Assembly: GCA_963726745.1 (NCBI GenBank)
Contig: CAVSDR010000006.1
Coordinates: forward strand, 736,001 to 800,000
From: an uncultured Verrucomicrobiae bacterium
GTDB taxonomy: Bacteria > Verrucomicrobiota > Verrucomicrobiia > Chthoniobacterales > UBA10450
Direction of reading: 5' to 3'
Length of the DNA: 64,000 nt
Part shown: piece by piece, positions 44,505 through 55,490 of the stretch
How positions within the stretch are numbered: the stretch's first letter is position 1
Layout: each line of letters opens with the position of its first letter
Program-made: the position numbers and the translations under genes
Notes under the pieces: generated by a model
Seen by the model: only the letters and a program-made list of their open reading frames with translations
What the model was told of the DNA's origin: nothing
Databases searched by the model: none

Positions 44505-46268
44505 TTAGCCAATCAAGTCGCCGTAATGCCGCTGCGCCATCTCGCTGCAGCGCGCGAGGATTTCCGTGGGCGTCTCCAGCGCCACCAAGTCGCTGACTAA
44601 TTTCTCGCACTCGATCACCGAGAGCGATTGCACCGCGCGCTTGACCCGCGGGACGAGCGAGGCGCTCACGCTCAACTCGTCCATCCCGAGGCCAAGGAGC
44701 AGCGGCGTCATCACCGGATCGCCAGCCATTTCGCCGCACACACCCACCCAGATGTGATTCGCATGCGCCGCGTCGGCGACCAACTTTAACAGCCGGATAA
44801 CCGCCGGATGCGTCGGCTCGTAGAGGTGCGCGATCCGTTCGTTCGTCCGGTCGACCGCGATGGCATATTGGATCAGGTCGTTCGTGCCGATGCTGAAGAA
44901 ATCCACTTCGCGTGCGAGCGCTTCGGCGCAGAGCGCGGCGCTCGGGATTTCGATCATCGCGCCCACTTCCATCTCCTCGGAAAACTCCACGCCTTTGGTC
45001 CGGAGCTCTTCTTTGCACTCTTCGAGCACGGCGTTCGCCCGGCGCATCTCCATCAACCCGGAAATCATCGGGAACATTATCTTCACGTTCCCGATCGCAC
45101 TCGCCCGGAGGATGGCGCAAAGCTGGGTCTTGAAAATCTCGATGTTTTCGAGGGAATAACGAATCGCGCGCAGGCCAAGGAACGGGTTTTGTTCGTCGTC
45201 CGCCTGACCCTCGGCGACCTTGTCGCCGCCGAGATCGAAGGTGCGAATGATCAACGGCTGCGGCGCGACCCGCTCGGCCACGCTCCGGTAGATTTCGTAT
45301 TGCTGCTCTTCCGTCGGGAGGGTGTTTTGGTTCAGGTAGATGAACTCCGTCCGGTAGAGCCCCACGCCTTCGGCGCCGTTTTCGATCACCGACTCCACTT
45401 CCTTTGGCAGCTCGATGTTGGCCGAGAGGACAATGTGCCGGCCGTCGCGCGTGGTCGACTTCGTCTCGCGCAGGCTGGTGAGCTGCTCCGTGACCAACTC
45501 CTTGCGGTGCTGCAGCTCGCCGTAATGCCAGAGCGTGTCCGGCGTGGGATTGAGAATCAGGAGACCGTTGTAGCCATCGAGGAGCGCTTCCTCGCCTTCC
45601 TCGAGCTTCTCGCTCACGTCGTGCAGGCCCACGATCGCCGGGATCTTGAGCGAGCGCGCCATGATCGCGGTGTGCGACGTCCTGCTGCCTAAATCGGTCG
45701 CAATCCCAAGGACGCGGTCGCGGTTCATCGTCGCGGTGTCAGACGGGGTCAAATTATGCGCCACCAGGACGTGCGGCTCATTCACGCTCAGGAAGGCTCG
45801 TTGCCCTTTTCCCTGGAGATTGCGGATGACACGGCGGGTCACATCCTGGATGTCGAGCGCCCGTTCGCGCAGATACGGGTCGTCGATTTTACTCAGCGTC
45901 TCGGCGTAATGCGTGGCCACTTCCTGGAAGGTGAACTCGACGTTGCAAAGATCGATCTCGAGCTTGCGCAGGACTTCATCGATCAAGGTGCGGTCCTCGA
46001 CCACGAGAAGGTGGGCATCGAAAATCCCCGCGTCCTTGGCCCCGATGGCTTCCGCGATCTGCTGCTGCATCTCGAGAATTTGCGCGCGCGTCTGGATGAG
46101 CGCGCTCTCGAAGCGGCCGATCTCCCCGGAGACATCCTCCGGCTGGATCGGGTAGCGAGCGATCTCCTCGAAGTCGTCACGGGTGACGTAGATCTTCGCG
46201 CGGGCGATGCCGGGGGAGACGCCGACGCCTTGGAAACGCCGCTCGGTTTTCGCCCCTGTTTCGCTCAT
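44505..46268 (-). CDS. ptsI: PEP-protein phosphotransferase (Enzyme I)
   Basis: SRTSHTAI, GLYRTEF, DLGGDK, SIGTNDL, CGEMAG. Confidence 0.96.
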   Translation of the reverse strand: MSETGAKTERRFQGVGVSPGIARAKIYVTRDDFEEIARYPIQPEDVSGEIGRFESALIQTRAQILEMQQQIAEAIGAKDAGIFDAHLLVVEDRTLIDEVLRKLEIDLCNVEFTFQEVATHYAETLSKIDDPYLRERALDIQDVTRRVIRNLQGKGQRAFLSVNEPHVLVAHNLTPSDTATMNRDRVLGIATDLGSRTSHTAIMARSLKIPAIVGLHDVSEKLEEGEEALLDGYNGLLILNPTPDTLWHYGELQHRKELVTEQLTSLRETKSTTRDGRHIVLSANIELPKEVESVIENGAEGVGLYRTEFIYLNQNTLPTEEQQYEIYRSVAERVAPQPLIIRTFDLGGDKVAEGQADDEQNPFLGLRAIRYSLENIEIFKTQLCAILRASAIGNVKIMFPMISGLMEMRRANAVLEECKEELRTKGVEFSEEMEVGAMIEIPSAALCAEALAREVDFFSIGTNDLIQYAIAVDRTNERIAHLYEPTHPAVIRLLKLVADAAHANHIWVGVCGEMAGDPVMTPLLLGLGMDELSVSASLVPRVKRAVQSLSVIECEKLVSDLVALETPTEILARCSEMAQRHYGDLIG

Positions 46269-46370
46269 CTTAGGTGCGAAGCGTAGCGCGATTGTCCAGC
46301 CGTGGCGACGGGAGTTTTCGTTAGACCGCGGCTTGGGAAAAATCTGCGCGCCGCGGGAAGAAAGTGCCGC

Positions 46371-46682
46371 CTAATCCTCGTTGAACTTGTCGAGAATGAG
46401 CTGTTCCAGTTCCTCGAGCGCCTTGGGGGCATCGGGGCCCTCGCAGCGGATGACGAGCTTCGAACCGGGCCCGGCAGCCAGCATCATCAGGCCCATGATG
46501 CTTTTGCCGTTAATCTGCTCGCCATCTTTCTCCACCCAGATCTCCGCGCGGAAGCGGCTGGCAATGCGCACGAACATGGCCGCCGGCCGCGCGTGCATCC
46601 CGTGACGATTCGCGATCGTGACTTCCTTCTCGATCTTCTCGTCCTTGCCGGCGTCGTCGGTTTTGCGGTGCGAAAGAGTCAT
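46371..46682 (-). CDS. ptsH: Phosphocarrier HPr
   Basis: GMHARPA, NGKSIMGLM. Confidence 0.93.
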   Translation of the reverse strand: MTLSHRKTDDAGKDEKIEKEVTIANRHGMHARPAAMFVRIASRFRAEIWVEKDGEQINGKSIMGLMMLAAGPGSKLVIRCEGPDAPKALEELEQLILDKFNED

Positions 46683-47680
46683 CAGCTGATTTTCTTCTGC
46701 ATTAGGTTCAGCAGGCGATCATTAAATTCCACCGCGCTGTTTCGTCCCAGCGATTTCAGCTTCTGGTCCATCGCCGCCACCTCGATCAAGCGGGCGACAT
46801 CGCGCCCTTGCCGCACCGGGATGCGCACATGCGGCACCTGGAGCTTCAGGATTTCATAGAATTCCTGGTCGAGCCCGATCCGATCGACGGCCTCGAGGTC
46901 GTGCCAATCCTCCAGCGTCACCACAAGGTCGAGCCGCTTTTCCAGGCGAATGCTGCCGATGCCAAAGATGGACACGACATTGATGATCCCGATGCCGCGC
47001 ACCTCCATGTGGTAGCGGGTCATGTCCGGCGCGGTGCAGACGAGCTCGCGGCCCTCGAGCACTTTCACGCGCGTGACATCGTCGGAGACAAGGCTGTAGC
47101 CGCGCTCGATCAAGCCCAGCACGGCCTCGCTTTTGCCGACGCCGCTTTGCCCGCGGATGAGCACGCCGATGCCGAGAATGTCGACCATGCTGCCGAACTC
47201 CGTCCCGCCCGGCGCGAAGTCGCCTTCGAGCGCGATCGTGGCCGCGTTAATGAAGCGCATCGTGACCATCGGGGTGCGCAGGACGGCGACCCCGGCTTCC
47301 TCGGCAATCCCGAGGAGCTCGGGCGAAAGATGCGTCCCGCGCGAGATGACCACGCAAGGGATTCTTTGCGCACAGAGAAGACGAAATCGCTCAGCCTTTT
47401 GCCGCTCGGAGAGGCTGCTCAGGTAGGCCTGCTCGGCCGCGCCCAGCACCTGCACCCGCTTTTCCGCGAAGTAGCTGTAGAAGCCGGAAAGCGCCAGGCC
47501 CGGGCGATTGATCGTGGGCTCGCGGATCTTCCGGTCGAAGCCGACGCGCGGCCCCTCTAATTTAAGCTGCAACTTCTCCGCGTGGCTTTCGTAGAAGCTC
47601 TCGACCGTGACCACCGGCACGCTCTTCTTCACCGCGCTGGCCACGGTGACAGACTGCGATCCGGGCGTGGAAGAAGGCAC
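46682..47680 (-). CDS. hprK: HPr kinase/phosphorylase
   Basis: INRPGLAL, GQSGVGKSE, LVSDD, EVRGIGII. Confidence 0.95.
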   Translation of the reverse strand: MPSSTPGSQSVTVASAVKKSVPVVTVESFYESHAEKLQLKLEGPRVGFDRKIREPTINRPGLALSGFYSYFAEKRVQVLGAAEQAYLSSLSERQKAERFRLLCAQRIPCVVISRGTHLSPELLGIAEEAGVAVLRTPMVTMRFINAATIALEGDFAPGGTEFGSMVDILGIGVLIRGQSGVGKSEAVLGLIERGYSLVSDDVTRVKVLEGRELVCTAPDMTRYHMEVRGIGIINVVSIFGIGSIRLEKRLDLVVTLEDWHDLEAVDRIGLDQEFYEILKLQVPHVRIPVRQGRDVARLIEVAAMDQKLKSLGRNSAVEFNDRLLNLMQKKIS

Positions 47681-47739
47681 GCTTTCCTTTATCGCGGAGC
47701 CCGGCGGTTTTCCAAGGGAGAATGCACCGGGGAGCGCGC

Positions 47740-48324
47740 TCAGTTCGTGCCCGGCTCGATCAAGCCAAACTCGCCACTCTTCCGCCGATAGAGCACGTTC
47801 ATGCGCGTGCTCCGGGCGTTCAGGAAAACGATGAACTGGCGGGTCGACATCTCGAGCTGCAGGACGGCTTCGTCGACAAACATCGGCTTCACCGGATAGC
47901 GCTCGCTCTTGACCACCGGATGGTGCGCGCCGTCTTCCTCATCCGGCACGTCCACCGGTTCCATCTCGAGCACATGCTCCTCGAGGTGCTTCACGATGTC
48001 TTTGCGCGGGCGATGCTTTTTCATCAGGCGCGTCTTGTACTTCCGCATCTGGCGCGCGACCTTGTCGACCGCCGCGTCGATCGCGGCATACATGTCGTTG
48101 GTTTCCTCGCAGGCCTCGATCGTGATGTGGTTCGAGCAAACCAGGATGACCTCGGCGGTGTGCCGGTATTTCTCCACCTCGAGGATCACGTGCGCCTCGA
48201 TGATCTTCGGATAATCGAGATGCAGACCCTCGATCTTCTTCGTCACATGATCGCTGATCGCTTCCGTGATCTGCAGGTGACGGCCGGTGACTTTGACGGG
48301 TGGATGGGCATTGGCGGTGAGCAC
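47740..48324 (-). CDS. hpf: Ribosome hibernation factor (long HPF)
   Basis: VTGRHLQIT, DMYAAID, KPMFVDEA, NVLYRR. Confidence 0.9.
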   Translation of the reverse strand: MLTANAHPPVKVTGRHLQITEAISDHVTKKIEGLHLDYPKIIEAHVILEVEKYRHTAEVILVCSNHITIEACEETNDMYAAIDAAVDKVARQMRKYKTRLMKKHRPRKDIVKHLEEHVLEMEPVDVPDEEDGAHHPVVKSERYPVKPMFVDEAVLQLEMSTRQFIVFLNARSTRMNVLYRRKSGEFGLIEPGTN

Positions 48325-48339
48325 GCGAGGTCCTTTCGG

Positions 48340-49137
48340 TTACATCCGGAATCGCTCGCCCAGGTAGAGCTGGCGACTGATCGGATCGTTGATGAGAAAA
48401 TCTTTCGTCCCTTCGCTCTCCACCCGGCCCTCGAAAATCAGGTAAGCGCGGTCCACGATCGAAAGCGTCTCGCGCACATTGTGATCGGTGATCAGAATGG
48501 CGAGGCCGGATTTGCGTAGGTTCACCACGATCTGCTGGACGTCATACACGGCGATCGGATCGACGCCGCTGAAGGGCTCATCTAACATCAGCAGGCTCGG
48601 ATTTGTCACGAGCGAACGTGCGATCGTGAGGCGTCGCTTCTCGCCGCCGCTGAGAGTGATAGCGGTATTTTTCGCCAGCTTCTCGATCCCAAATTGGTGC
48701 AGTAACTCCTCGCAGCGATGCTTCCGCTGCTGCTTCGAAAGCGGGAGCGTCTCGAGGATCGCGAGGATGTTCTGTTCCACGGTCATCTTGCGGAAGATCG
48801 ATTCCTCCTGCGGCAGGTAACCCATGCCCAGGCGGGCCCGTTTGTACATCGGGTAGTTGGTTACATCCGTGCCCGAGAACAGCACCCGGCCGCTGTTCGG
48901 CCGCACCAGGCCGACGATCATGTAAAAGCTGGTGGTTTTGCCGGCGCCATTTGGGCCCAGCAGGCCCACGATCTCGCCCGCGCGCACGTTGATGTTGACC
49001 CCGTTCACGACCGAGCGGCCGTCGTAGATTTTCACCAACTCCTCGGTCTGGAGGACCTGCTCGCCGGTCACCGGCACCGGCAAAGAAATCGGCGCCAACG
49101 GCTGCTCGGCCATGGGCGGCGGCGGGTTCACATTCAT
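48340..49137 (-). CDS. lptB: LPS export ATP-binding protein
   Basis: GPNGAGKTT, YLPQEESIF, LDEPFSGVDP, ITDHNVRETL. Confidence 0.95.
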   Translation of the reverse strand: MNVNPPPPMAEQPLAPISLPVPVTGEQVLQTEELVKIYDGRSVVNGVNINVRAGEIVGLLGPNGAGKTTSFYMIVGLVRPNSGRVLFSGTDVTNYPMYKRARLGMGYLPQEESIFRKMTVEQNILAILETLPLSKQQRKHRCEELLHQFGIEKLAKNTAITLSGGEKRRLTIARSLVTNPSLLMLDEPFSGVDPIAVYDVQQIVVNLRKSGLAILITDHNVRETLSIVDRAYLIFEGRVESEGTKDFLINDPISRQLYLGERFRM

Positions 49138-49820
49138 GGTTTCGCTGGCGGATTAGCCGGCGTTTTCTCTTTCGGTTCCTGGCGAATCTCGGTGCGGCTC
49201 GGCCCTTTGGTCACGAGTTGTCCGGTTTGGTCGATGATCATGACCGTGTCCGGACTGGTCGCGATGTGGGTGTTCATGCCGCTCTGCACCCGCGGTGTCC
49301 CCCGTAGTTCCACCTTGCCATCATTCGCGGTGTAGATCGCCATGTCCGACCGGCCGACCGAACGCTCCGGCGGCTGGCCCGCTTCACCCGGACGATCGCG
49401 CACCACGCCCACGTTGCCTTCCGCGACCGCTTTCTCCAAGCCCTGGCCGCCGAGTCCGCCGGAGGGTGCCGGGCTGGCCGAGGCGTCGGCTGTGGGCGCA
49501 TCATTCTTCGCCAGGTAGACCGTCATCTTGTCTGCCTGCACATTGAAGCGCGGATCCTTCACGATCACGTGCCCGCTGAAGATGCCGATGTGCTTGGCCG
49601 AATCGAAGAAGGCTTCGTCCGCATAGATTTCCGTGGTGATGACTTCGCCCGGCGATTTCGTGCTTCCGCCGAGCGCGGCCTTCACCGGATCGTCCGGCTT
49701 TTTCGCCGCCACGCGGGCCGGCTTGGGCGGCGAATCCGGAGCCGACGTCTGGCCTCGCGCCGCGCTGCCTGCGAGCAGAATCGCCAGGAGAAGAAGAAAG
49801 CCCGCGCCTGGCCGCATCAT
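49134..49820 (-). CDS. lptA: LptA/OstA family protein
   Basis: Signal peptide, FSGHVIV, AEGNV; upstream of lptB. Confidence 0.8.
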   Translation of the reverse strand: MMRPGAGFLLLLAILLAGSAARGQTSAPDSPPKPARVAAKKPDDPVKAALGGSTKSPGEVITTEIYADEAFFDSAKHIGIFSGHVIVKDPRFNVQADKMTVYLAKNDAPTADASASPAPSGGLGGQGLEKAVAEGNVGVVRDRPGEAGQPPERSVGRSDMAIYTANDGKVELRGTPRVQSGMNTHIATSPDTVMIIDQTGQLVTKGPSRTEIRQEPKEKTPANPPAKP

Positions 49821-50337
49821 GGGCGTTTCGCCGGCGCGGTGCGGCTGGGTCCGGTCACGATCATCTTCACGTTTCCTACGAGTGTCCCCTGTCGCGAGAC
49901 GGTGTCGAAGTTCAATTTGTCGCCAGAAAGGTTGAAGTCCGCCCGTTGCACCGTGGTCCGCTCGTGTGAAGTGATCACACGCGTAGTCAGATCCAGGGTC
50001 GAGGCCGGCATCTCGATCATCAGGTCGACCGTGTTCTGCGGGGTGAAAGTCGTCATCTTGAGCTTCTTGAACTCCACGTGCTCGTGGTCCACGCGCTTCG
50101 CATTGCCCGCTTCAAAGCGCGCCCGCAATGGCCCTCGAGGTCGAAATCCGGGAGCACCAGGCCCTTCGCTTCCTGCCCGATCGGCAGTGGAATATTAGCC
50201 AGCGAATTGCCTTTCTTCTCCGGTTCCTCGACCGGTGTGGCCTTGGGCGACGGCTCGGCTGCAAACGCGACTGAAATCGCCAGTCCGATCATTCCCAATG
50301 CCGCGATTCGCGCGCGACCGCTACGAAACGGCAGCAT
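49817..50337 (-). CDS. lptC: LptC-like protein (frameshift ~50128)
   Basis: Between kdsA and lptA; N-terminal TM, then beta-rich ...LSGDKLNFD...GNVKM. Confidence 0.65.
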
Positions 50338-51133
50338 GGATAGCTCTTAACATGCGCAGGTGCTTCGGCAAATTCTTTAGCGGGATCTGGTTAGGCCCGT
50401 CGCTCATCGCCTTCGCCGGATTCTCATGCACCTCCATGAAAACGCCGTCGCAACCCGCGGCCACCGCCGCGCGCGCCAGCACCGGCGCGAGCGCGCCATC
50501 CCCGCCGGTCGTCTCACCCGCCCCGCCGGGCCGCTGGACCGAATGGGTCGCATCAAAAATCACGCGATACCCGAGTTCGCGCATCCAATAAAGCGAGCGC
50601 ATGTCGGCGACCAGATTGTTGTAGCCGAAAGTCGTCCCGCGCTCGATGAAGCAGAACTTCGTGCAACCGAAGGCGGTGAGCTTGTCGGCTATATTCTTCA
50701 CGTCCCACGGCGCGAGGAACTGGCCCTTCTTCACGTTCACCACTCGACCGGTCGCCGCCGCTGCTTCCAGGAGATCAGTTTGCCGGCAAAGAAACGCCGG
50801 GATCTGCAGGACATCGACCGCCGCGCCGGCGATCTCCGCTTCCTCCGCGGTGTGCACATCGGTCGTCACCGGCACCCCCAGTTCCGCGCCGATCTCCGCC
50901 AGGAGCGCGCAACCCTCCTCCACTCCCGGCCCGCGATACGAGCGCACCGAGGTGCGGTTCGCCTTGTCATACGACGCCTTGAAAATAAACGGCACGCCCT
51001 CGCCCTGGCAGATCTCCGCGATCTTCCGCGCCATCCGCCAGGCGAACTTCTCCGATTCAAGCACGCACGGCCCGAGGATGAACGCCGGCTCCTTCCCGCC
51101 GATGGAGACCTTGCCGACTTTGAGCGCTTTCAC
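50321..51133 (-). CDS. kdsA: KDO8P synthase
   Basis: FKASYDKANRTS, QIPAFLCRQTD, KKGQFL, DATHSVQ. Confidence 0.96.
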   Translation of the reverse strand: MKALKVGKVSIGGKEPAFILGPCVLESEKFAWRMARKIAEICQGEGVPFIFKASYDKANRTSVRSYRGPGVEEGCALLAEIGAELGVPVTTDVHTAEEAEIAGAAVDVLQIPAFLCRQTDLLEAAAATGRVVNVKKGQFLAPWDVKNIADKLTAFGCTKFCFIERGTTFGYNNLVADMRSLYWMRELGYRVIFDATHSVQRPGGAGETTGGDGALAPVLARAAVAAGCDGVFMEVHENPAKAMSDGPNQIPLKNLPKHLRMLRAIHAAVS

Positions 51134-51148
51134 TTCCGCGACGATGGC

Positions 51149-51847
51149 TCAGCTTCGGAAATTAGCCAGCCGCGCGAGGTCGAGGCGGCCGGTGTAAATC
51201 GCCATCCCGAGGGCGGCGTGGACGTTCATCGCGAGGAGGGCGTCGATCTCTTCGTAGGTCGTGATGCCGCCGGCGGCGGTCAGTTCGAGCGTGGTTTGCG
51301 CGCGCAGGCTGCGGAACCACTCGAGGTCGGTCCCCTGCATCATCCCTTCCTTGTCCACGTAGGTGCAAAGGACCGCGCCGCAGTAGGGCTCGAGCTGGCG
51401 GATGATCTCGCCCGCCGCGATGCCTAACGACTCTTGCCAGCCCTTGATCACAATCCGGCCATCGCGCGAATCGAGCGCGAGGATGATCGCTTCGCGTCCG
51501 AGCTTGTCGGCTAATTCCGCGAGGAACTCGTGGTTCAAGCCATCGCCACGAAAGGCCGCCGTGCCGACGATGACCCGTTCCGCGCCGGCGGCGCGAAGCT
51601 GCTCCGCTTTCGCGACCGAACGCACGCCGCCGCCCACCCAGACGCGATGCTTCGCCGCGAGGCGCTCGACGATCGCTTCGTTCGAGCCGCGCCCGAGCGC
51701 GGCGTCGAGATCGATCACCTGGATGACCGGAAAGGCGGCGAACTTCTCCAGCATCACCTCCGGCGCTTCGCCTTCGAGCGCTTTCTCGCGCCCCTGGATG
51801 AGCTGGACGACCGCGCCATCCATCAAATCGATGCAGGGGATAATCAT
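51149..51847 (-). CDS. hisA: ProFAR isomerase
   Basis: [33 protein letters not shown]; last gene of the his operon. Confidence 0.88.
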   Translation of the reverse strand: MIIPCIDLMDGAVVQLIQGREKALEGEAPEVMLEKFAAFPVIQVIDLDAALGRGSNEAIVERLAAKHRVWVGGGVRSVAKAEQLRAAGAERVIVGTAAFRGDGLNHEFLAELADKLGREAIILALDSRDGRIVIKGWQESLGIAAGEIIRQLEPYCGAVLCTYVDKEGMMQGTDLEWFRSLRAQTTLELTAAGGITTYEEIDALLAMNVHAALGMAIYTGRLDLARLANFRS

Positions 51848-52612
51848 GGTGTCGTTAGGCGAACGGGGATGCCGGCAGCGGCGAGGTGTTTCTTGAGATC
51901 GTTCACCGTGTAGGTGCCGAAGTGGAAGATGGAGGCCGCGAGCGCCGCGGCCGCTTCGCCGTCCTCGAAGACGCGCACGAAGTCGTCCGGCTGGCCCGCG
52001 CCGCCGGATGCGATTACCGGGATGTTGACCGCGCGGGCGACCGCGCGAGTGAGCGCGCAATTGAAGCCGGTCTGGACGCCGTCGGTGTCCATCGAAGTGA
52101 GGAGAATTTCGCCCGCGCCGAGCTGCTCCGCGCGCCGCGCCCAATCAACCGCATCGAGCCCTTCGTCCACGCGTCCGCCTTTCGTGAAAACATTCCAGCG
52201 CCCCGTCGCCCACGCTCTTGGCATCGATCGCGAGCACGACCGCCTGCGCGCCGAACGCTTCGCTCAATTCATGCAGCAACTCCGGCCGCCGCACCGCCGC
52301 GGTGTTCACGCTCACCTTGTCCGCGCCCGCGAGCAGCACGGTGCGCGCATCTTCAACCGAGCGCACGCCGCCGCCGACAGTGAGCGGGACGAAAACCTCG
52401 CGGGCCGCGCGCGCGACCACATCGATCAAGGTGTCGCGCGCATCGCTCGAGGCGGTGATGTCGAGAAAGACGATCTCGTCGGCTGATTGCTCGTTATACC
52501 GCTGCGCCAGCTCGACCGGATCGCCCGCGTCGCGCAGCCCGACGAAGTTGACGCCTTTGACCACGCGGCCGTCGCGCAGGTCGAGGCAGGGAATGATGCG
52601 TTTCGCGAGCAT
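51844..52612 (-). CDS. hisF: IGP synthase cyclase subunit (frameshift ~52200)
   Basis: [44 protein letters not shown]. Confidence 0.92.
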
Positions 52613-52614
52613 GC

Positions 52615-53206
52615 TCAAAGGGCGGCGAAACGCTGGATGATCTCGAGCCCGAACGGCCCCGATTTTTCCGGATGAAATTGCACGCCGAAACAGTTGCCGC
52701 GCTCGACCGCGGCGCTGAACGGTCGCGAGTAGGCGCAGATCGCCGCGGCTTCATCAACCACCGGCACGTAAAAGCTGTGCGCGAAATAAACATGCCCGCC
52801 GTTGCCCGCGAAGAGGCGCGAATCGCTCGCGGGCGTGATCGTGTTCCAGCCCATGTGCGGCACGCGTTCGTCGTCCGGGAAACGCTCGACGCGCCCGCGA
52901 AAAACGCCCAAGCCCTTCCGCCTCCGGCGCTTCCGCGCTCCCCTCAAACAGCGCCTGCATGCCGAGGCAAACGCCGAGAAAAAGCGCGTCGTCCGCAATC
53001 CGTTCGCGCAGTGGCTCGCGCAGTTGCAGCTCATCGAGCGCGCGCATCATTTGCCCGAAATGCCCGACACCCGGGAGCACGATCTTGCGTGCGCCGCGCG
53101 CAGCTTCTCCGCGTCGCGCACGAGCTCAAATTTCGCGCCGACCGTTTGCGAAGGCGTTCTGCACCGACTGCAGATTGCCGGCGCCGTAATCGACGATCCC
53201 GATCAC
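52615..53206 (-). CDS. hisH: IGP synthase glutaminase subunit (frameshifted)
   Basis: [35 protein letters not shown]. Confidence 0.92.
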
Positions 53207-53790
53207 AGCAGTCCCTTGGTCGACGGCAGCTGCGTTTTCAGGCGCTCATCGGTCGAGCAGGCGTAGCGCAGCGCGCGCGCGAAGCACTTGAAGATGGCCT
53301 CGATCTTGTGATGGCTCGAGCGGCCATACATCACCTTCAGATGCACGTTCGCCTTCGCGTGCTGGGCGAAGCCTTCGAAGAAATCATGCAGCAACTCGAG
53401 CTCGAGCCCGCCGAGCTCGCGCACCTTCACTTTTGGATCGTAAGCGAGCGCGACGCGCCCGCCGAGATCGATCGCCGCGACCGCGAGCGTCTCGTCCATC
53501 GGCTGGACGAAATAGCCGGCGCGATTGATCCCGACGCGTTTCCCGAGCGCCTTCGCGAAAAGCTGGCCGAGGACAATCCCCACATCTTCGACCGTGTGAT
53601 GTTGATCGACGTGCAAGTCGCCGCGCGCTTTCAGCGTGAGGTCGAAGGCGCCATGCCGCGTGAAGAGCTCAAGCATGTGATCGAGAAAACCGATCCCGGT
53701 CGCGATTTCGTATTTGCCGGTGCCGTCGATCACCAGCCGACCGCTGATCTGGGTCTCGGTGGTGTCGCGTTTAATCGTCGCCTTTCTCAT
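53203..53790 (-). CDS. hisB: Imidazoleglycerol-phosphate dehydratase
   Basis: [28 protein letters not shown]. Confidence 0.95.
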   Translation of the reverse strand: MRKATIKRDTTETQISGRLVIDGTGKYEIATGIGFLDHMLELFTRHGAFDLTLKARGDLHVDQHHTVEDVGIVLGQLFAKALGKRVGINRAGYFVQPMDETLAVAAIDLGGRVALAYDPKVKVRELGGLELELLHDFFEGFAQHAKANVHLKVMYGRSSHHKIEAIFKCFARALRYACSTDERLKTQLPSTKGLL

Positions 53791-54437
53791 AGGACTCGCT
53801 CCAGTTCGTTCACGCTCTCGACCACCGCCTCGGCGCCTTCGCGAAGCAGCAGGTCCGGCGTCGGCGCGATCCCGAGGAAGCGCACGCCGGCGGCCTTCGC
53901 GCTGCGGGCGTCGTCGGGGTTGTCGCCCACGTAGATGAGCGTGCTGCCCGGGTGCGCGGCCGCGATCAGGCGCAAGCCATCGGGCGCCGGCTTTGGATTG
54001 GGAATGTCCATGTCGCCTACGATCGTCGCCCACGAGATCTGCGGGGCGAAACGCTGGAGCGTGAGGTCGATCTCCGCGCGCGGACGACCGGAGAAAATCG
54101 CGAGCGCATACCGCGCGCTCAGCCGCTCGAGCAAACCGTCGCGCGGAATCCAGGTCTCGCGCGTGATCAGCCCGTCGCCGTTCTCGCCGAGGAAAAGCTT
54201 TTGGAAGACAGCCACGACTTCGTCGTAGGGCACATCGCGGCCGGAAGTTTTGCGGACCAATTTCTGCGCAAGCAGCCAATCGTTATTCCAGCCGCCGGCG
54301 TTTTTGTATTCCGCGATCAACTCGTTAGGCGCGGCGGCTCCGGTGAAATGCCGCACCGTCTCGGCGATCGCCGCGAGGTAAGAGCCGCCGACTTCCGCGA
54401 GCACGCCGTCCATGTCGAAAACGAGCACGTCTTTCAT
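53787..54437 (-). CDS. HAD-family hydrolase (candidate histidinol-phosphatase)
   Basis: FDMDGV, KPAP, VGDNPDD; translationally coupled within the his operon. Confidence 0.85.
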   Translation of the reverse strand: MKDVLVFDMDGVLAEVGGSYLAAIAETVRHFTGAAAPNELIAEYKNAGGWNNDWLLAQKLVRKTSGRDVPYDEVVAVFQKLFLGENGDGLITRETWIPRDGLLERLSARYALAIFSGRPRAEIDLTLQRFAPQISWATIVGDMDIPNPKPAPDGLRLIAAAHPGSTLIYVGDNPDDARSAKAAGVRFLGIAPTPDLLLREGAEAVVESVNELERVL

Positions 54438-55490
54438 CGCGCGCGCTCCAGTTCGGCGATGAAACGCTCGGCCTGCGCCGGCGTCCCCACGGTGACCCGC
54501 GCGCAGCCGGCGATCTCATGGCTGCGATCGCGAATGAGCACGCCCGCGTCGCGAAGTTGCTGGCAAATCTCGCCGCACGCGCTCGCCCAATTGCAGGAGA
54601 ACGAAGTTGCCCGCGCTGCGGTAGAACGGCACGCCGAGCCGCTCGAGTTCGGTGTAGATCCATTCGCGCGCCGTCAGCACTTCGCGCACGTAGTTCGCCA
54701 CGTAATCGGGATCATCGACCGCGGCGCGCGCGGCCACGGCAGCAAGCGAGTTCACGCTATAGGGCGACTGCGCTTTGCGAGCGAAGGCGATGTTGCGCGC
54801 GTCGGAGAAGAGACAGCCGAAGCGCATCGCGGCCATGCCGTAGGCTTTCGAGAAGGTGCGGCTGACAAAGAGATTTGCGTAGCGCTCGATCAACGGCAGC
54901 GCGGTGATCCCGCAAAACTCGAAGTAGGCTTCGTCGATCAAGACGGCTGCGTTCGGCGCGCGCTGGAGGATCTGTTCGATCGTCGCCAGATCCGCCGCGG
55001 TGCCGGTCGGATTGTTCGGGTTCGAGATCAAAATCGCACGCGTCTCCGACGTGATCGCCCCCAGCAATTCCTCGAGCGGAAAAGCGAGTGTCCCGGCGCG
55101 GTAATCGACTGTCGTGATCCGCGCGCCGGCGAGCTCGGCGTAGAAGCGATACATCGCGTAGGAGGGCTGGAGGATGATCACTTCCGCACCCGCTTCGACG
55201 AAGGTGTTCATCAACACCTGGATCGCTTCGTCGGTGCCGTTGCTGAAAAGCATCTGCTCCTCCGCGACGCCGAAGTGCTCCGCCAGCCGGGCGCGGGCCT
55301 CGACATATTCCGGATAAATCGCGAGCCGCTCGGCGCTGATCTTTTCGCGCAAAACTTCCGCGACGCGCGGCGAGCAACCTTCGGTGTTCTCGTTGAAATC
55401 AAGCCGCAGTTTGCCTTCGCGGCCTCCTGTCGGCGGCGAATAAGCCGCCATCTTTTGCACGGCGGCGCGTGGTTGCAAGGGAGCGCTCAT
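54434..55490 (-). CDS. hisC: Histidinol-phosphate aminotransferase (frameshift ~54580)
   Basis: LDFNEN, NPNNPTG, DEAYFEF, RTFSKAYG. Confidence 0.93.

Noticed and set aside
51149..54279. Long N-terminal extensions on HisA and HisB in the ORF track (likewise GatB, CvpA, DUF151)
   Set aside because: Upstream in-frame starts lie inside neighbouring genes; coupled downstream starts match family N-termini
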